This document shows, one piece after another, positions 9,255 to 19,537 of a stretch of 64,000 nt of DNA (position 1 is the stretch's first letter; every line of letters begins with the position of its first letter). Below the pieces are notes generated by a model. The model ran no database searches. It had not been told where the DNA came from and saw nothing but the letters and a program-made list of their open reading frames with translations. Source of the stretch: Bacteroidales bacterium (GTDB lineage: Bacteria > Bacteroidota > Bacteroidia > Bacteroidales > UBA932); the NCBI GenBank assembly GCA_017398335.1, contig JAFQGK010000065.1:9765-73764 (forward strand), read 5' to 3'. Position numbers and translations under genes: made by a program.

Positions 9255-10337
9255 TTATTTGATGTTAAAATATTCCTTATACCTGTTGAATAAATTACCG
9301 GCAGAACCGTAAACGGACTGAGGGCTGAGGAAGTGCGAGAACTCGAAGGTGATGGCCTTGTCATATCCGCATCTTTTAGCGGCTTCCAGCTTAAGTCTCA
9401 GCTTGTCGAACTTGATCGGGAGGAACTTGATTGGCATGTCGCGGTCGAATGTTTCGGCATTCGTCCAGCATTTCATACCGTATTTGTCAGCAAGCTTCTT
9501 GTTGACGCTGAAGAAGGCATCAAGTTCGTCATAGTCGATATGGCCGTCCTGGAATGCTACTGCGTCCACTACATCATGAATTCCGGCAAAGATCTGATTC
9601 CATTCCCTTTCATGCTGCTCTACGGATACAGCATTGTTATTTATGGCTTTATTCGTGCCCATTATGGCTTTCTTGCCGTCTATCCAAGGAGATATGAAGA
9701 CAGGAAGACCTCCGGACACTTCCTTGCATTGCTGTCCCATTGCATGGAAGGCATCGACTGCACCGATTGTGTCTCGGCTGATTTCAGTACTGATGTACCA
9801 TCCGCCGAAACTATCATATTTCTCACCGTACATCTTCCAGACTTCGTCAATCACGAACCTGTTGTCCTCGATCTCGCGGCTCATGTCCTTGGTGTCCCAG
9901 TAAACTCCTGAATCATAAAGGCCCAGATAGAATTTCATTCCGTATTTCTGTGCGAGCCTGCAGAACATGTCAATGAGGTCAACGGAAGGCATGTAGCAGC
10001 CCTTTTTCATCAGGTATGGCGAAGGGTAGGTTATGAATTTCCTATATCCGCATCTGATGTCGATAACTGTGTCGATGCCGATTGATTTCATATAGGCAAA
10101 GTCACGGTCCCACTCTTTTTCTCCCCAGTTCTGATGAGGTATGTCGTGCGATATCTCGTCCAGGAATGTACCTGTGATCCTCAATCCGTTATCCTTGGGC
10201 ACGATAAGTCCTCCTTCGGTGGTCTCGTATGCTTCTGCTTCTTTTTCTGCAGTGCATGATGTTATGATTGATGGAGCAGCTAGAGCGGCAGTTCCTCCTA
10301 TCGCCATCTTTTTTAGAAATTCTCTGCGGTCTGTCAT
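9255..10337 (-). CDS. Tat-exported DUF4434-family TIM-barrel protein (putative glycoside hydrolase)
   Basis: Twin-arginine DRREFLKK plus lipobox ITSC; motifs ITGTFLDE, GGWYISTE, FQDG, WTNAETF. Confidence 0.8.
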   Translation of the reverse strand: MTDRREFLKKMAIGGTAALAAPSIITSCTAEKEAEAYETTEGGLIVPKDNGLRITGTFLDEISHDIPHQNWGEKEWDRDFAYMKSIGIDTVIDIRCGYRKFITYPSPYLMKKGCYMPSVDLIDMFCRLAQKYGMKFYLGLYDSGVYWDTKDMSREIEDNRFVIDEVWKMYGEKYDSFGGWYISTEISRDTIGAVDAFHAMGQQCKEVSGGLPVFISPWIDGKKAIMGTNKAINNNAVSVEQHEREWNQIFAGIHDVVDAVAFQDGHIDYDELDAFFSVNKKLADKYGMKCWTNAETFDRDMPIKFLPIKFDKLRLKLEAAKRCGYDKAITFEFSHFLSPQSVYGSAGNLFNRYKEYFNIK

Positions 10338-10360
10338 GATTTTATATTTTATACAAGGTA

Positions 10361-10470
10361 CAAATGTAGTTTCTTTTGTGATAATTTCAAATATCTGTTA
10401 AAGTTTTTAAAATAATTTAAAAATAATTCGGGTGTTTTGATTAGAATTTAAATAATTAGTTATATATTTG
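10361..10470. promoter_or_regulatory. Divergent sigma-A promoters of the PUL
   Basis: TACATTTG on the minus strand (10361-10368) and TATATTTG on the plus strand (10463-10470) in an AT-rich gap. Confidence 0.65.
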
Positions 10471-10491
10471 CCGATTATAAATATAATTAAG

Positions 10492-11817
10492 ATGAAGACA
10501 CTGAAACTGTTTACTTTTCTGACATTGCTACTTTCAGTCCTTTCGTGCAAGGAGACACGTACCTATAATAATAATTATATGTGGTTCGACTGTGAGGCCA
10601 ATTATGCTACACTTTCGCATCCCGACTCTATTTATCATTATATGAAGAAGTCCCGTGACCTGGGCTTCGACAATGTTGTTGTAGATATGAAGTCTATCAT
10701 GGGTGAAGTGCTCTATGACAGCCAGATTGCACCTTATATGGGTGATTGGGAAGGAGTCGAGCGCTCGAGAGACTATGATATGCTTGGTTATTTCATCGAG
10801 TATGGCAAGGATCTGGACATGAGGGTCTTCGGTTCGCTGAACGTTTTCGCTGGCGGACATAATTATTTTGACAGAGGTGTTGTATATATGGATAAGGCTG
10901 CATGGCAGTCTATCTGCTACCATAACGGTGTGCTGACTCCGATTTCTGAGATCAAGTCAAACTACAACTGCATGATGAATCCGTCGAATCCTGAGGTACA
11001 GGAATATCAGATCGAGATTCTTAAGGAATTCGTGAAGAAATATCCTGAAATTGACGGATTGATCTTTGACAGGGTGCGTTATGACGGAATTACTGCTGAC
11101 TTCAGCGAACTTTCGAAGAAGCAGTTCGAGGAGTATGCAGGTGTGACAGTCGAGAATTTCCCTGAGGATATCCTCAGCTGGTATGACGAGAACGGTAATC
11201 TGAGAGATACCTGGGTCCCAGGCAAATATGGAAAGAAATGGATAGAGTGGCGTGCCAATGTAATCCATGATTTTGTCGAAAAGACTCACAAAGCTCTCAA
11301 GGAGATCAACCCGGAACTCATCATCGGTGACTATACCGGAGCGTGGTATCCTACATACTGGCAGCTGGGCGTAAACTGGGCCAGCAAGGATTATGACCCA
11401 TATAAGGTGCCTCAGTATCAGTCATGGGCAACAGAAGATTATCATAAGTCCGGCTATGCAGAGATGCTTGACGTATATATGACAGGACTTTACTATAGCC
11501 TCATTACAAAGGAAGACGTAGATAAGGCAACAGGTGTAGTGGGACAGCGTTCAGAGGCAGGAATGGACAATAGCCTTACTTACTGCTACAGTGTCGAAGG
11601 CGGTGCCGAGATTGCCAAGGAAATCACCATGGGAGTCGTTCCGGTGATAGGATCCATATATGTAGAACAGTATCTTGGAGATTTCACTCCATTCGCACCG
11701 GCAGTCACACAGGCTCTCAAGAGCACTGACGGAGTGATGATCTTCGATATTGTCCATCTCAATAAGCATAAGCTTTGGGATGAACTGGAGTCTGCAATGA
11801 AGGCAGCGGGAAAATAA
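10492..11817 (+). CDS. GHL10 (family 10 glycosyl hydrolase-like/DUF187) lipoprotein
   Basis: Lipobox VLSC; motifs MNPSNPEVQEY, DGLIFDRVRYD, GAWY..Y..GVNWAS. Start placed at ATG 10492, downstream of the -7 element. Confidence 0.78.
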   Translation: MKTLKLFTFLTLLLSVLSCKETRTYNNNYMWFDCEANYATLSHPDSIYHYMKKSRDLGFDNVVVDMKSIMGEVLYDSQIAPYMGDWEGVERSRDYDMLGYFIEYGKDLDMRVFGSLNVFAGGHNYFDRGVVYMDKAAWQSICYHNGVLTPISEIKSNYNCMMNPSNPEVQEYQIEILKEFVKKYPEIDGLIFDRVRYDGITADFSELSKKQFEEYAGVTVENFPEDILSWYDENGNLRDTWVPGKYGKKWIEWRANVIHDFVEKTHKALKEINPELIIGDYTGAWYPTYWQLGVNWASKDYDPYKVPQYQSWATEDYHKSGYAEMLDVYMTGLYYSLITKEDVDKATGVVGQRSEAGMDNSLTYCYSVEGGAEIAKEITMGVVPVIGSIYVEQYLGDFTPFAPAVTQALKSTDGVMIFDIVHLNKHKLWDELESAMKAAGK

Positions 11818-11850
11818 ACGAAATTAATCAATAAACTAAACAATAACCCA

Positions 11851-14800
11851 ATGAAAGCGATTTATAGGAATCTGCTTGTCTTGTTAGTCTTTCTCTTGGG
11901 GGGGGGCAGCATCATTATATGCACAGCCTTCTATCAGAGGAAAGGTAACTGACGAAAACGGACAGCCTCTGCCAGGCGTGGCTGTCATGGTCGAAGGTAC
12001 CACAAACGGTACTCTGACTGATGACGACGGAAATTATTCTCTTTCCGGAGTAAAGAAAGGTGACGTTCTCTTGTTTTCGAGCCTCGGTCTTGGAGATCAG
12101 ACTTTCAACTGTGACGGAACACTTTCGAAATTGAACGTGACAATGAAGGAAGATATGAACTTCCTTGAAGAGACGATCGTCGTAGGTTACGGTACTCAGA
12201 AGAAGTCTTCGATGACATCTGCCGTTTCTGCAATGAAGGGTGACGAACTTCTCAAGGCCCCTGCGACAAACGTGTCACAGCTCATCGCCGGTAAGCTTTC
12301 CGGTGTGTCTTCGGTGCAGGAGTCAGGAGAGCCGGGTCTCGACCAGGCTTCCCTCCGTATCCGCGGATCTCAGTATGGAGCCAAGTATGTAGTAGACGGT
12401 TTCCCTGTGGATGACATCAACGATATCGACCCATATGATATCGAGAGCATCTCTGTCCTCAAGGACGGTGCTTCAGCAGCCGTGTACGGACTCCAGGCAG
12501 CGAACGGTATCATCATCGTTACCACAAAGAAGGGTGCTGCAGGTAAGCCGAAGATCACATATAACGCTACTTTCGGTGCATCTATGAACGCCAACTTCCC
12601 TGAGTTCATGGACGGCCCTCAGTTCGCATACTACTATAATGTTGCCGACATGATGGACGCCATGGCAAGAGGTGACATCACTTCTCCTAAGGAATATACT
12701 CCATACTTTACATCTGAGCAGGTCAAGCTGATGACAAACGGCGATCCTACTGACGGATGGGACAATGTCAACTACATCGACAAGGTCTTCAAGACAGGTT
12801 TCACCCAGAAGCACAATGTGACCGTGTCAGGAGGTAATGACACCTCGAAGTACTTCGCTTCATTCGGTTACCTCGGTCAGGAGGGTAACATAGACAACTT
12901 CAGCTACGACAGATACAACGTACGTACAAATGTGGAGTCTCAGTTTGCTAAATACTTCAAGTTTACAATGGGACTTTCTGGAGTGTTCTCAAACCGTCAG
13001 ACTCCTGGCTTGAGTGCAGGAGGATCTGATGGCGGATCATCTGAAGTAGGATGGCTCTCGATTCCTAAAATGACTATTATGATGCACCCATACCTTCCTG
13101 AAAAGTACGAAGGAATGTATACAGGTGTGGTTCCTAATAACCTTGCAGTGTGTAATTCGCCGCTTCCTGCAATCTACGAATCAGGCTACAAGAAGACGCG
13201 CAGTCTCGATGTCACTGCAAATACATCGCTTACATTCGATGTACCTGGCGTAAAGGGCCTTCAGCTAAAGGTTTCAGGTGCGTTTGACTACGGCGCTTCT
13301 ATGAATAAGAATCTCGACACTCCATTCGCGAATAAGATTATGGTCTATAAGAATGGGGGATGGTCTGAATATGGCGACCCAAGACAGAACGAGGGAACAG
13401 GTTACTCGCTTGGTGAGGGTACTTCATACTATCAGAGAATGACAGGTCAGGCTGGTATCAGTTATAACAATACATTCGGAAAACACTTTGTCGATCTCCT
13501 TGCTCTTGCAGAATTGAATGACTATAAGTCAAATCAGCATTCAGCATATGCGAAGCTGTTGCCTTTTGTTGAACTTCCGGAGTTAAGTTCCGGCCTTCCG
13601 ACAGAAGGTCCTATTTCCGGTGGAAGTTCAGCTTGGCGTTCTGCCGGTTACGTGTTCCGTGCACGTTATAACTGGGACGAGAGATATCTTGCTGAGTTCA
13701 CAGGACGTTATGATGGCTCTTACAAGTTTGCTGGTATGCGTAAGGCTCGTTGGGGCTTCTTCCCGTCAGCTTCTGTCGCTTGGAACATCTCTAAGGAGCC
13801 TTGGATGCAAGGCGCATCTTTCCTTGATGATCTGAAGATCAGGGGCTCGGTTGCCTTGCTCGGTAATGATTTGGGAACTAATCCGTATATGTATATGAGC
13901 ACGTATGTCAACAAATACAGTGATGGTTCAAAGATACCGGAGACTATATATGGTCAGTATTTGTCTAATAATACGACTGCTAATCCTACGTATCGTGACA
14001 ATGGAGTTCCTAATGTCGACCTTACTTGGGAAAAACAGCTTTCTTACAACGTCGGTTTCGACTTCAGCATGTGGAACGAAAAACTCTCAATGGAGGTGGA
14101 TGCATTCTACAACTATGTGTTTGATATGCTCACAGTTAATGGAACAGACTTTCCGCCATCTATGGGAGGATATTATATGACATATATAAATAAGAATGCT
14201 TACGATGTAAGGGGTATTGATGTGCTTGTTTCTCATAAGAATCATTTCATGCTTGGTGGCAAGCCTTTCCAGTATGGTATCAGCGCGACTCTTACATATG
14301 CAAAGAACCGCTGGATCATCTATCCGGATGAACCTAATGTAGACGCTATCCGTAAGGTAGTGGGTACATCTTTGGATGCATTCTATATATGGGTTGCTGA
14401 CGGTCTCTACACCTCAGAGGAGGAAATCGACAACTCTGCGTGGTATGGTAACAACAGACCAAATATCGGAGACATCAAGTATGTCGACCTTAATGGTGAC
14501 GGTCTGATCAATGAAGTAGGTGACAAGGCACGTATCGGTCGCTCGAACCGTCCTCAGCTCACATATGGTCTCAACCTTGACTTTGCTTGGAACGGTATTG
14601 ATTTCAACGCACAGTTCACAGGTGGATCGCTCTTTGACATTTCACTTACCGGTACGTACTATAACGGTAACGATGACAACACAATCTGGACACAGACTTT
14701 CAAGGAGGGAGCCAACTCTCCATTGTACCTTGTTGAGAATGCATACAGTGTGTACAACCCTGACGGAACATTCCCACGTCTTACCCTCAGCAACACAGGT

Positions 14801-15070
14801 GGACATGGTGGAGACAACGGCCTTGCATCGACTTTCTGGCTCCGTGATGGTACATATGTACGTCTTAAGTCAGCACAGCTGGGATATACTTTCCCTCGCA
14901 AGTGGACAGAGAAGATCAAGGTTGAGACTATCAGATTCTTTGTCGAAGGCCAGAATCTCTTCACTATCGACGGACTTCCAGAGGGAATCGACCCTGAGTC
15001 ACCAGGTGTGAACAACGGATATTATCCACAGCAGCGTCTCCTTATGGGAGGTATCACCTTGACATTCTAA
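11851..15070 (+). CDS. susC: SusC/RagA TonB-dependent transporter, frameshifted at a G9 tract (open ORF only from ~11978)
   Basis: Plug motifs IVVGYGTQKK and IESISVLKDGASAAVYG...ANGIIIVTTKKG; C-terminal aromatic (LTF). The signal peptide from ATG 11851 is out of frame by +1. Confidence 0.9.
11898..11906 (+). repeat. Poly-G (G9) homopolymer, candidate slipped-strand switch
   Basis: Removing one G joins MKAIYRNLLVLLVFLLGG to AASLYAQPSIRGKVTDENGQPLPGV, in frame with SusC. Confidence 0.85.
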
Positions 15071-15076
15071 TTACTT

Positions 15077-15104
15077 TGTCATCCTGAGCGAAGTCGAAGG
15101 ATCT
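15077..15104. repeat. REP-like element TGTCATCCTGAGCGAAGTCGAAGGATCT between susC and susD
   Basis: (T/C)GTC tag plus ATCCT...AGGAT stem, ending ATCT like the 9225 element. Confidence 0.65.
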
Positions 15105-15117
15105 AAAAAAGATTTTT

Positions 15118-16779
15118 ATGAAAAAAATAACAAGAATATTACTTCTCGTCGGAATCTTGGTGTCAGGTGTTTCCTGCAACAAGTTCTTTGACGACATGAA
15201 GCCTACCAGTGAGGTCTCTGACAAGGTAATCTGGCAGACTACTACCAATGCGGAATACTATGTCAATTACCTGTATGACTATGTTTATAGTGTAGTGACA
15301 TCTCAGACTTACGGAAATGCATTGACTGAGGCTTATACTGATATGCTTAAGTACAGCTCATTCAATGCCGGTCATTCCGGACTTTTTGTAAGTCAGATGG
15401 CGTATGGAGCTCCATATACAGAACGAAATTTCGTAAACGTATATCTTGGTGTTTGGGACGCCAGATATACAGGTGTCAGGAAATGTAATGGTGCTATTTC
15501 TGATCTTCGAGCATATGGGCAGATGTCAGTAGAAGATAAGGCAAGAATTGAGGCAGAACTCAAATTTACCCGTGCTTTCCTCTATTTCGACCTTATGAAG
15601 CGTTATAAGGATATCATCCTTTATGATGAGGATATGACTAAGTATACTAAAGATAAGGCTATCAGTACTGAGGAAGAAGGATGGGAATTCATCTATCAGG
15701 ACCTTTTGTATGCTGCCAACAACCTTCCGGAGAGAACTGCTTCAAGGGGACGAGCTGACAAGGGTATGGCTTGGGCGTTTATGACCCGCGCTATGCTTTA
15801 TGCACAGAGATATGAGGATGTCGTAACTGCTGCTGAAGAGGTGGCAAAGCTCGGATACGGACTTGAGGCTGATTATAGCAATGCTCTGATGAAGACTATT
15901 TATGCAGGCAACAATGAGGCTATCCTTCAGTGGCAGTTCGATAGAAGTGCCAATGTAACCCATAGATTTGATTACAACTATACCCCTGGCGGGGATTTCT
16001 CTCTTCAGGGACAGAAGGGTGGCGGACTTGCTACTCCTACCCAGGAAATGGTGGAATCTTACGAGAAGGCTACCGGAGGATTCATCGATTGGACTCCGTG
16101 GCATTCGACCACTACGCAGACTCCTCCTTATGACCAGCTCGAGCCTCGTTTCCATGCGACGATTCTTTACAATGGTGCAGAATGGAAAGGTCGTACTATT
16201 CAGCCATATGCAGGAGGTGCTGACGGTTGGAAGCAGTGGTACAACAACACTAATCCTGCAGGTGAAACTACAACAGGATATTATCTCAGAAAAATGGTTG
16301 ACGAAGGACATGATGTCGTAGCTACCCCTGGTGGAGTTGCTCCTTTTACAATCATAAGATATGCCGAGGTGCTGCTTAATAAGGCCGAGGCTTGCTATAA
16401 TCTGAACAAGACTGCAGAGGCAAACGATGCTGTCGCAGCCATCCGTAACCGAGTAGGACTTCCTTATACACCAAAGGGTGGTTCAGATTTATGGACTGCT
16501 ATCCGTCAGGAGCGCAAGGTAGAACTCGCTTTTGAAGGTCACTGGTATTGGGATCTACGTCGTTGGGGAGTTGCTCACGAGCAGTATCCTGAGGGACTTA
16601 CCGGATATCAGGTACACGGTCTTAAGATCGATGACAACGGTGATGGTACATTTACGTACGAGTATGTTTCAGTCGACAACGAAGACAGAGAGTTCCAGGA
16701 AAGAATGTACCGCCTTCCAATGCCTGACGGCGAGCTTGAGAACAATAAGCTTGTAGTGCAGTATAAAGAGTGGAAATAA
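15118..16779 (+). CDS. susD: SusD/RagB nutrient-binding lipoprotein
   Basis: Lipobox GVSC; motifs RYAEVLLNKAEA and ERKVELAFEGHWYWDLRRW; directly follows susC. Confidence 0.93.
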   Translation: MKKITRILLLVGILVSGVSCNKFFDDMKPTSEVSDKVIWQTTTNAEYYVNYLYDYVYSVVTSQTYGNALTEAYTDMLKYSSFNAGHSGLFVSQMAYGAPYTERNFVNVYLGVWDARYTGVRKCNGAISDLRAYGQMSVEDKARIEAELKFTRAFLYFDLMKRYKDIILYDEDMTKYTKDKAISTEEEGWEFIYQDLLYAANNLPERTASRGRADKGMAWAFMTRAMLYAQRYEDVVTAAEEVAKLGYGLEADYSNALMKTIYAGNNEAILQWQFDRSANVTHRFDYNYTPGGDFSLQGQKGGGLATPTQEMVESYEKATGGFIDWTPWHSTTTQTPPYDQLEPRFHATILYNGAEWKGRTIQPYAGGADGWKQWYNNTNPAGETTTGYYLRKMVDEGHDVVATPGGVAPFTIIRYAEVLLNKAEACYNLNKTAEANDAVAAIRNRVGLPYTPKGGSDLWTAIRQERKVELAFEGHWYWDLRRWGVAHEQYPEGLTGYQVHGLKIDDNGDGTFTYEYVSVDNEDREFQERMYRLPMPDGELENNKLVVQYKEWK

Positions 16780-16797
16780 TGATTAAACAGCATTAAA

Positions 16798-18486
16798 ATG
16801 AAGAAATTATATTACTTAATGATGGTCTGCATCCTCGCTGTGGCGTCATGTCAGAAGCCTCATTATATCGAGCCGACTGCAGATCGTCAGGGCATCACAT
16901 CGCTGACAGCGCGTTTTACCTCTACTTCAGATAAGTACGAGAACGCTGTCCTGGCAAAGCTTACAGTCGAGGACCCGGATGCTGATATGTTCGTGATTCC
17001 GGTTCCTTGGTTCTATCCGGAAGAGTCTACTGACCCTACTTCAATTCATATGACACGAGTTCGTCTTGAGGCAGAACTTGCTCCAAACTGTCGTATTGAT
17101 CCGCCTTTGGGAATGGTTGATCTGACTGAAGAGAATTATTATACCTTCACAAATGCTCGCGGAGAGAGCCGCGAGATCATCATTACCGGTAAGAGGACAA
17201 AGTCTGCCAAGTGCAACCTCATGACCTTCACTCTTACCAAGCCATATCAGATCGAAGGATTCATCGATGAGGATAAGAAGGAAGTTTACCTTTTCACAAC
17301 TGATGACCTTACAGGATTTTCAGCTGAGGCTACTGTTTGCGCTCATGCAACTATTCTTACCGATCTTTCTGTGAAGAAGAACTATAATGAGGAGCAGGAG
17401 GTTACTGTAATGGCTCAGGATGAGAAGACTACATGCACTTACAAGATCATCAAGAAGTATCCTAACAAGATTCCTTATGGATTCAGGGCAGCTTCTGCAA
17501 GACAGCTCTTCAACATCGATCCTGTTGCAAGGCTTAACCTGCCTGAGGCAAATGTGACTATATACTCTACACTCGCGTATTTCGACGGAAAGCTTGTGAT
17601 TTCTCTTGGAAACGGTACTACTCCGATTTTCTGTGACCCTCTTACTGGCATTCAGCTGGGTGAGATCAATGCAGGTGGCATTGACATTGCTGCAATCACA
17701 AATGACGAGGCAGGTAACATGGTCGTTTCAACTTTTGCAGACCCTAAGGGCAATGTAGTTCTGTACAAGACTAACTCTGTGACATCTGCACCGGTTGAGT
17801 TCCACACATTCGTCAACGATACAGACGTTCCTGTGGGCCATAACCTTAAGGTAAACGGTAACATCAATCAGGATGCAGTCATCATCCTTACTCATGAGGG
17901 TGTTGACGGCGTGACTACGACAAGCAAGTATACTAAGATTGTCATCACTGGCGGTCAGGTCGTTTCAACTGAGACGATCGACCTTGCAGGACTCGGCCTT
18001 GCTTGGGGCTCTGCTCCTGTAAATGCTGCCAAGGTAGTTCCTGTATCAAATACTCCTGACACAGGTGTGATGCTTTGCTACTATTCAGCAAATACTATCC
18101 AATATGTTGACGGAAGCGGTAAGATAGTGGCTTCACGTAATCTTGCTAATGATGGTGTGACCACAAACTACAACACCAATGTGATGGAGGCTAAGACATT
18201 CAACAATGCTCCGTATGTGATCCATCTCGTATCATCACACTTCCCTATGTGGGGCATCGAACCTCAGCTCAGAATCTGGGATGCATCTGATCCGAAGACC
18301 ATCAAGGAAGCTGATCCTATCATCTGCGAGAAGTCGACAGAGTGGTTCCAGACAGGTTACCAGGGATGTGCATCAGCTGACGTGATAATGGCATCTTCTG
18401 CTGACGGATTCAAGGTCTATGTATACTACTTTGACCATAATGCAAGTGTAATTGCAGGTTTTGTTGCAGACTGTATCGATATTTAA
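16798..18486 (+). CDS. DUF5018-like surface lipoprotein (SusE-position glycan-binding candidate)
   Basis: Lipobox VASC; Ig-like N-terminal region (VPWFYPEES) and a propeller-like C-terminal region. Confidence 0.65.
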   Translation: MKKLYYLMMVCILAVASCQKPHYIEPTADRQGITSLTARFTSTSDKYENAVLAKLTVEDPDADMFVIPVPWFYPEESTDPTSIHMTRVRLEAELAPNCRIDPPLGMVDLTEENYYTFTNARGESREIIITGKRTKSAKCNLMTFTLTKPYQIEGFIDEDKKEVYLFTTDDLTGFSAEATVCAHATILTDLSVKKNYNEEQEVTVMAQDEKTTCTYKIIKKYPNKIPYGFRAASARQLFNIDPVARLNLPEANVTIYSTLAYFDGKLVISLGNGTTPIFCDPLTGIQLGEINAGGIDIAAITNDEAGNMVVSTFADPKGNVVLYKTNSVTSAPVEFHTFVNDTDVPVGHNLKVNGNINQDAVIILTHEGVDGVTTTSKYTKIVITGGQVVSTETIDLAGLGLAWGSAPVNAAKVVPVSNTPDTGVMLCYYSANTIQYVDGSGKIVASRNLANDGVTTNYNTNVMEAKTFNNAPYVIHLVSSHFPMWGIEPQLRIWDASDPKTIKEADPIICEKSTEWFQTGYQGCASADVIMASSADGFKVYVYYFDHNASVIAGFVADCIDI

Positions 18487-18489
18487 CAG

Positions 18490-19536
18490 ATGAAGAAATT
18501 AATGATAATGATCGCTGCCGCTGCTCTCGCAATTTCATGCGAGGGCAGGGCTGGCGATATGCCTGAATGGCCATGGGAAGACCCTGAGGTCGAGGCTCCG
18601 GAACAGCAGCCAGAGGAAACTCCGGTTGAGGATGCAACACTTGACAAGTGGAAAGATGTCTCTGCTGATTATGGAATACTCCCGGAATATATCAAGGTAT
18701 ACAGGTCCCCCGAGAATCTGGAAGGAAAGAAGGCTGTCGCATATATTGCGATAGCTGACATGCCTTCCGCTCAGTGGGATATATGGAGTATCAATGATGC
18801 TGTAATGGAAGGTACTGCAGATTCGTTCAAGACTCCTTCCACTGTGTATGGCGAAGGAAACTGGCCGATTGTCATCAACGCAGGTTTCTTCTATGCTTCT
18901 GGCGGAAAGAACTATTCTTCAAGTCTGGCTGTAAGAAACTCAGAGGTTCTCGCATATAATATCAATTATGCTTCAGAGGACTGGGTTACAATGTATTATC
19001 CGACCCGCGCAGCTCTTCTCGAGTCAGAGTCGGGAGATTTTGATGCATGCTGGACTTACAGGACATGGGATAACCACTATATGTATCCTGCTCCGGCAGG
19101 CAATACCTGGGATGCAAAGCCTGCTCAGCAGCCGTCTGCTTCTTATCCTGAAGGAGGAAAGGAGTTTGCAGCCAAGAATGCCATTGGAGGTGGTCCGCTT
19201 CTGATTGACGGAGGAAAGTTCAAGGATACTTATGTAGAGGAACTTTTCAACGGAACTTCCGGCATAGGACCGGATTCCAATCAGCCACGTACTGCAATTG
19301 GAGTCACCTCCGATAAGAAGATGGTTCTCTTCGTCTGTGAAGGCCGTGAAATGACAGAAGGTGTAAAAGGACTTACTACAGCAGACCTGGCAAATATACT
19401 TCTTGACCTCGGATGCGTCGAGGCTATCAATCTTGATGGCGGCGGATCAAGCTGTATGCTTGTGAATGGCAAGGAGACAATCAAGGTTTCAGACGGCTCA
19501 CAGCGTGCAGTCGGAAGTACTATAATGATTAAATAA
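18490..19536 (+). CDS. Phosphodiester glycosidase (NAGPA family) lipoprotein
   Basis: Motifs INAGFF, AIGGGPLL, PRTAIG and AINLDGGGSS. Confidence 0.88.
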   Translation: MKKLMIMIAAAALAISCEGRAGDMPEWPWEDPEVEAPEQQPEETPVEDATLDKWKDVSADYGILPEYIKVYRSPENLEGKKAVAYIAIADMPSAQWDIWSINDAVMEGTADSFKTPSTVYGEGNWPIVINAGFFYASGGKNYSSSLAVRNSEVLAYNINYASEDWVTMYYPTRAALLESESGDFDACWTYRTWDNHYMYPAPAGNTWDAKPAQQPSASYPEGGKEFAAKNAIGGGPLLIDGGKFKDTYVEELFNGTSGIGPDSNQPRTAIGVTSDKKMVLFVCEGREMTEGVKGLTTADLANILLDLGCVEAINLDGGGSSCMLVNGKETIKVSDGSQRAVGSTIMIK

Positions 19537-19537
19537 C

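Noticed and set aside
11978-11980. GTG as the true susC start
   Set aside because: It would lack a signal peptide and falls within the N-terminal domain; the upstream ATG plus frameshift explains the sequence better.
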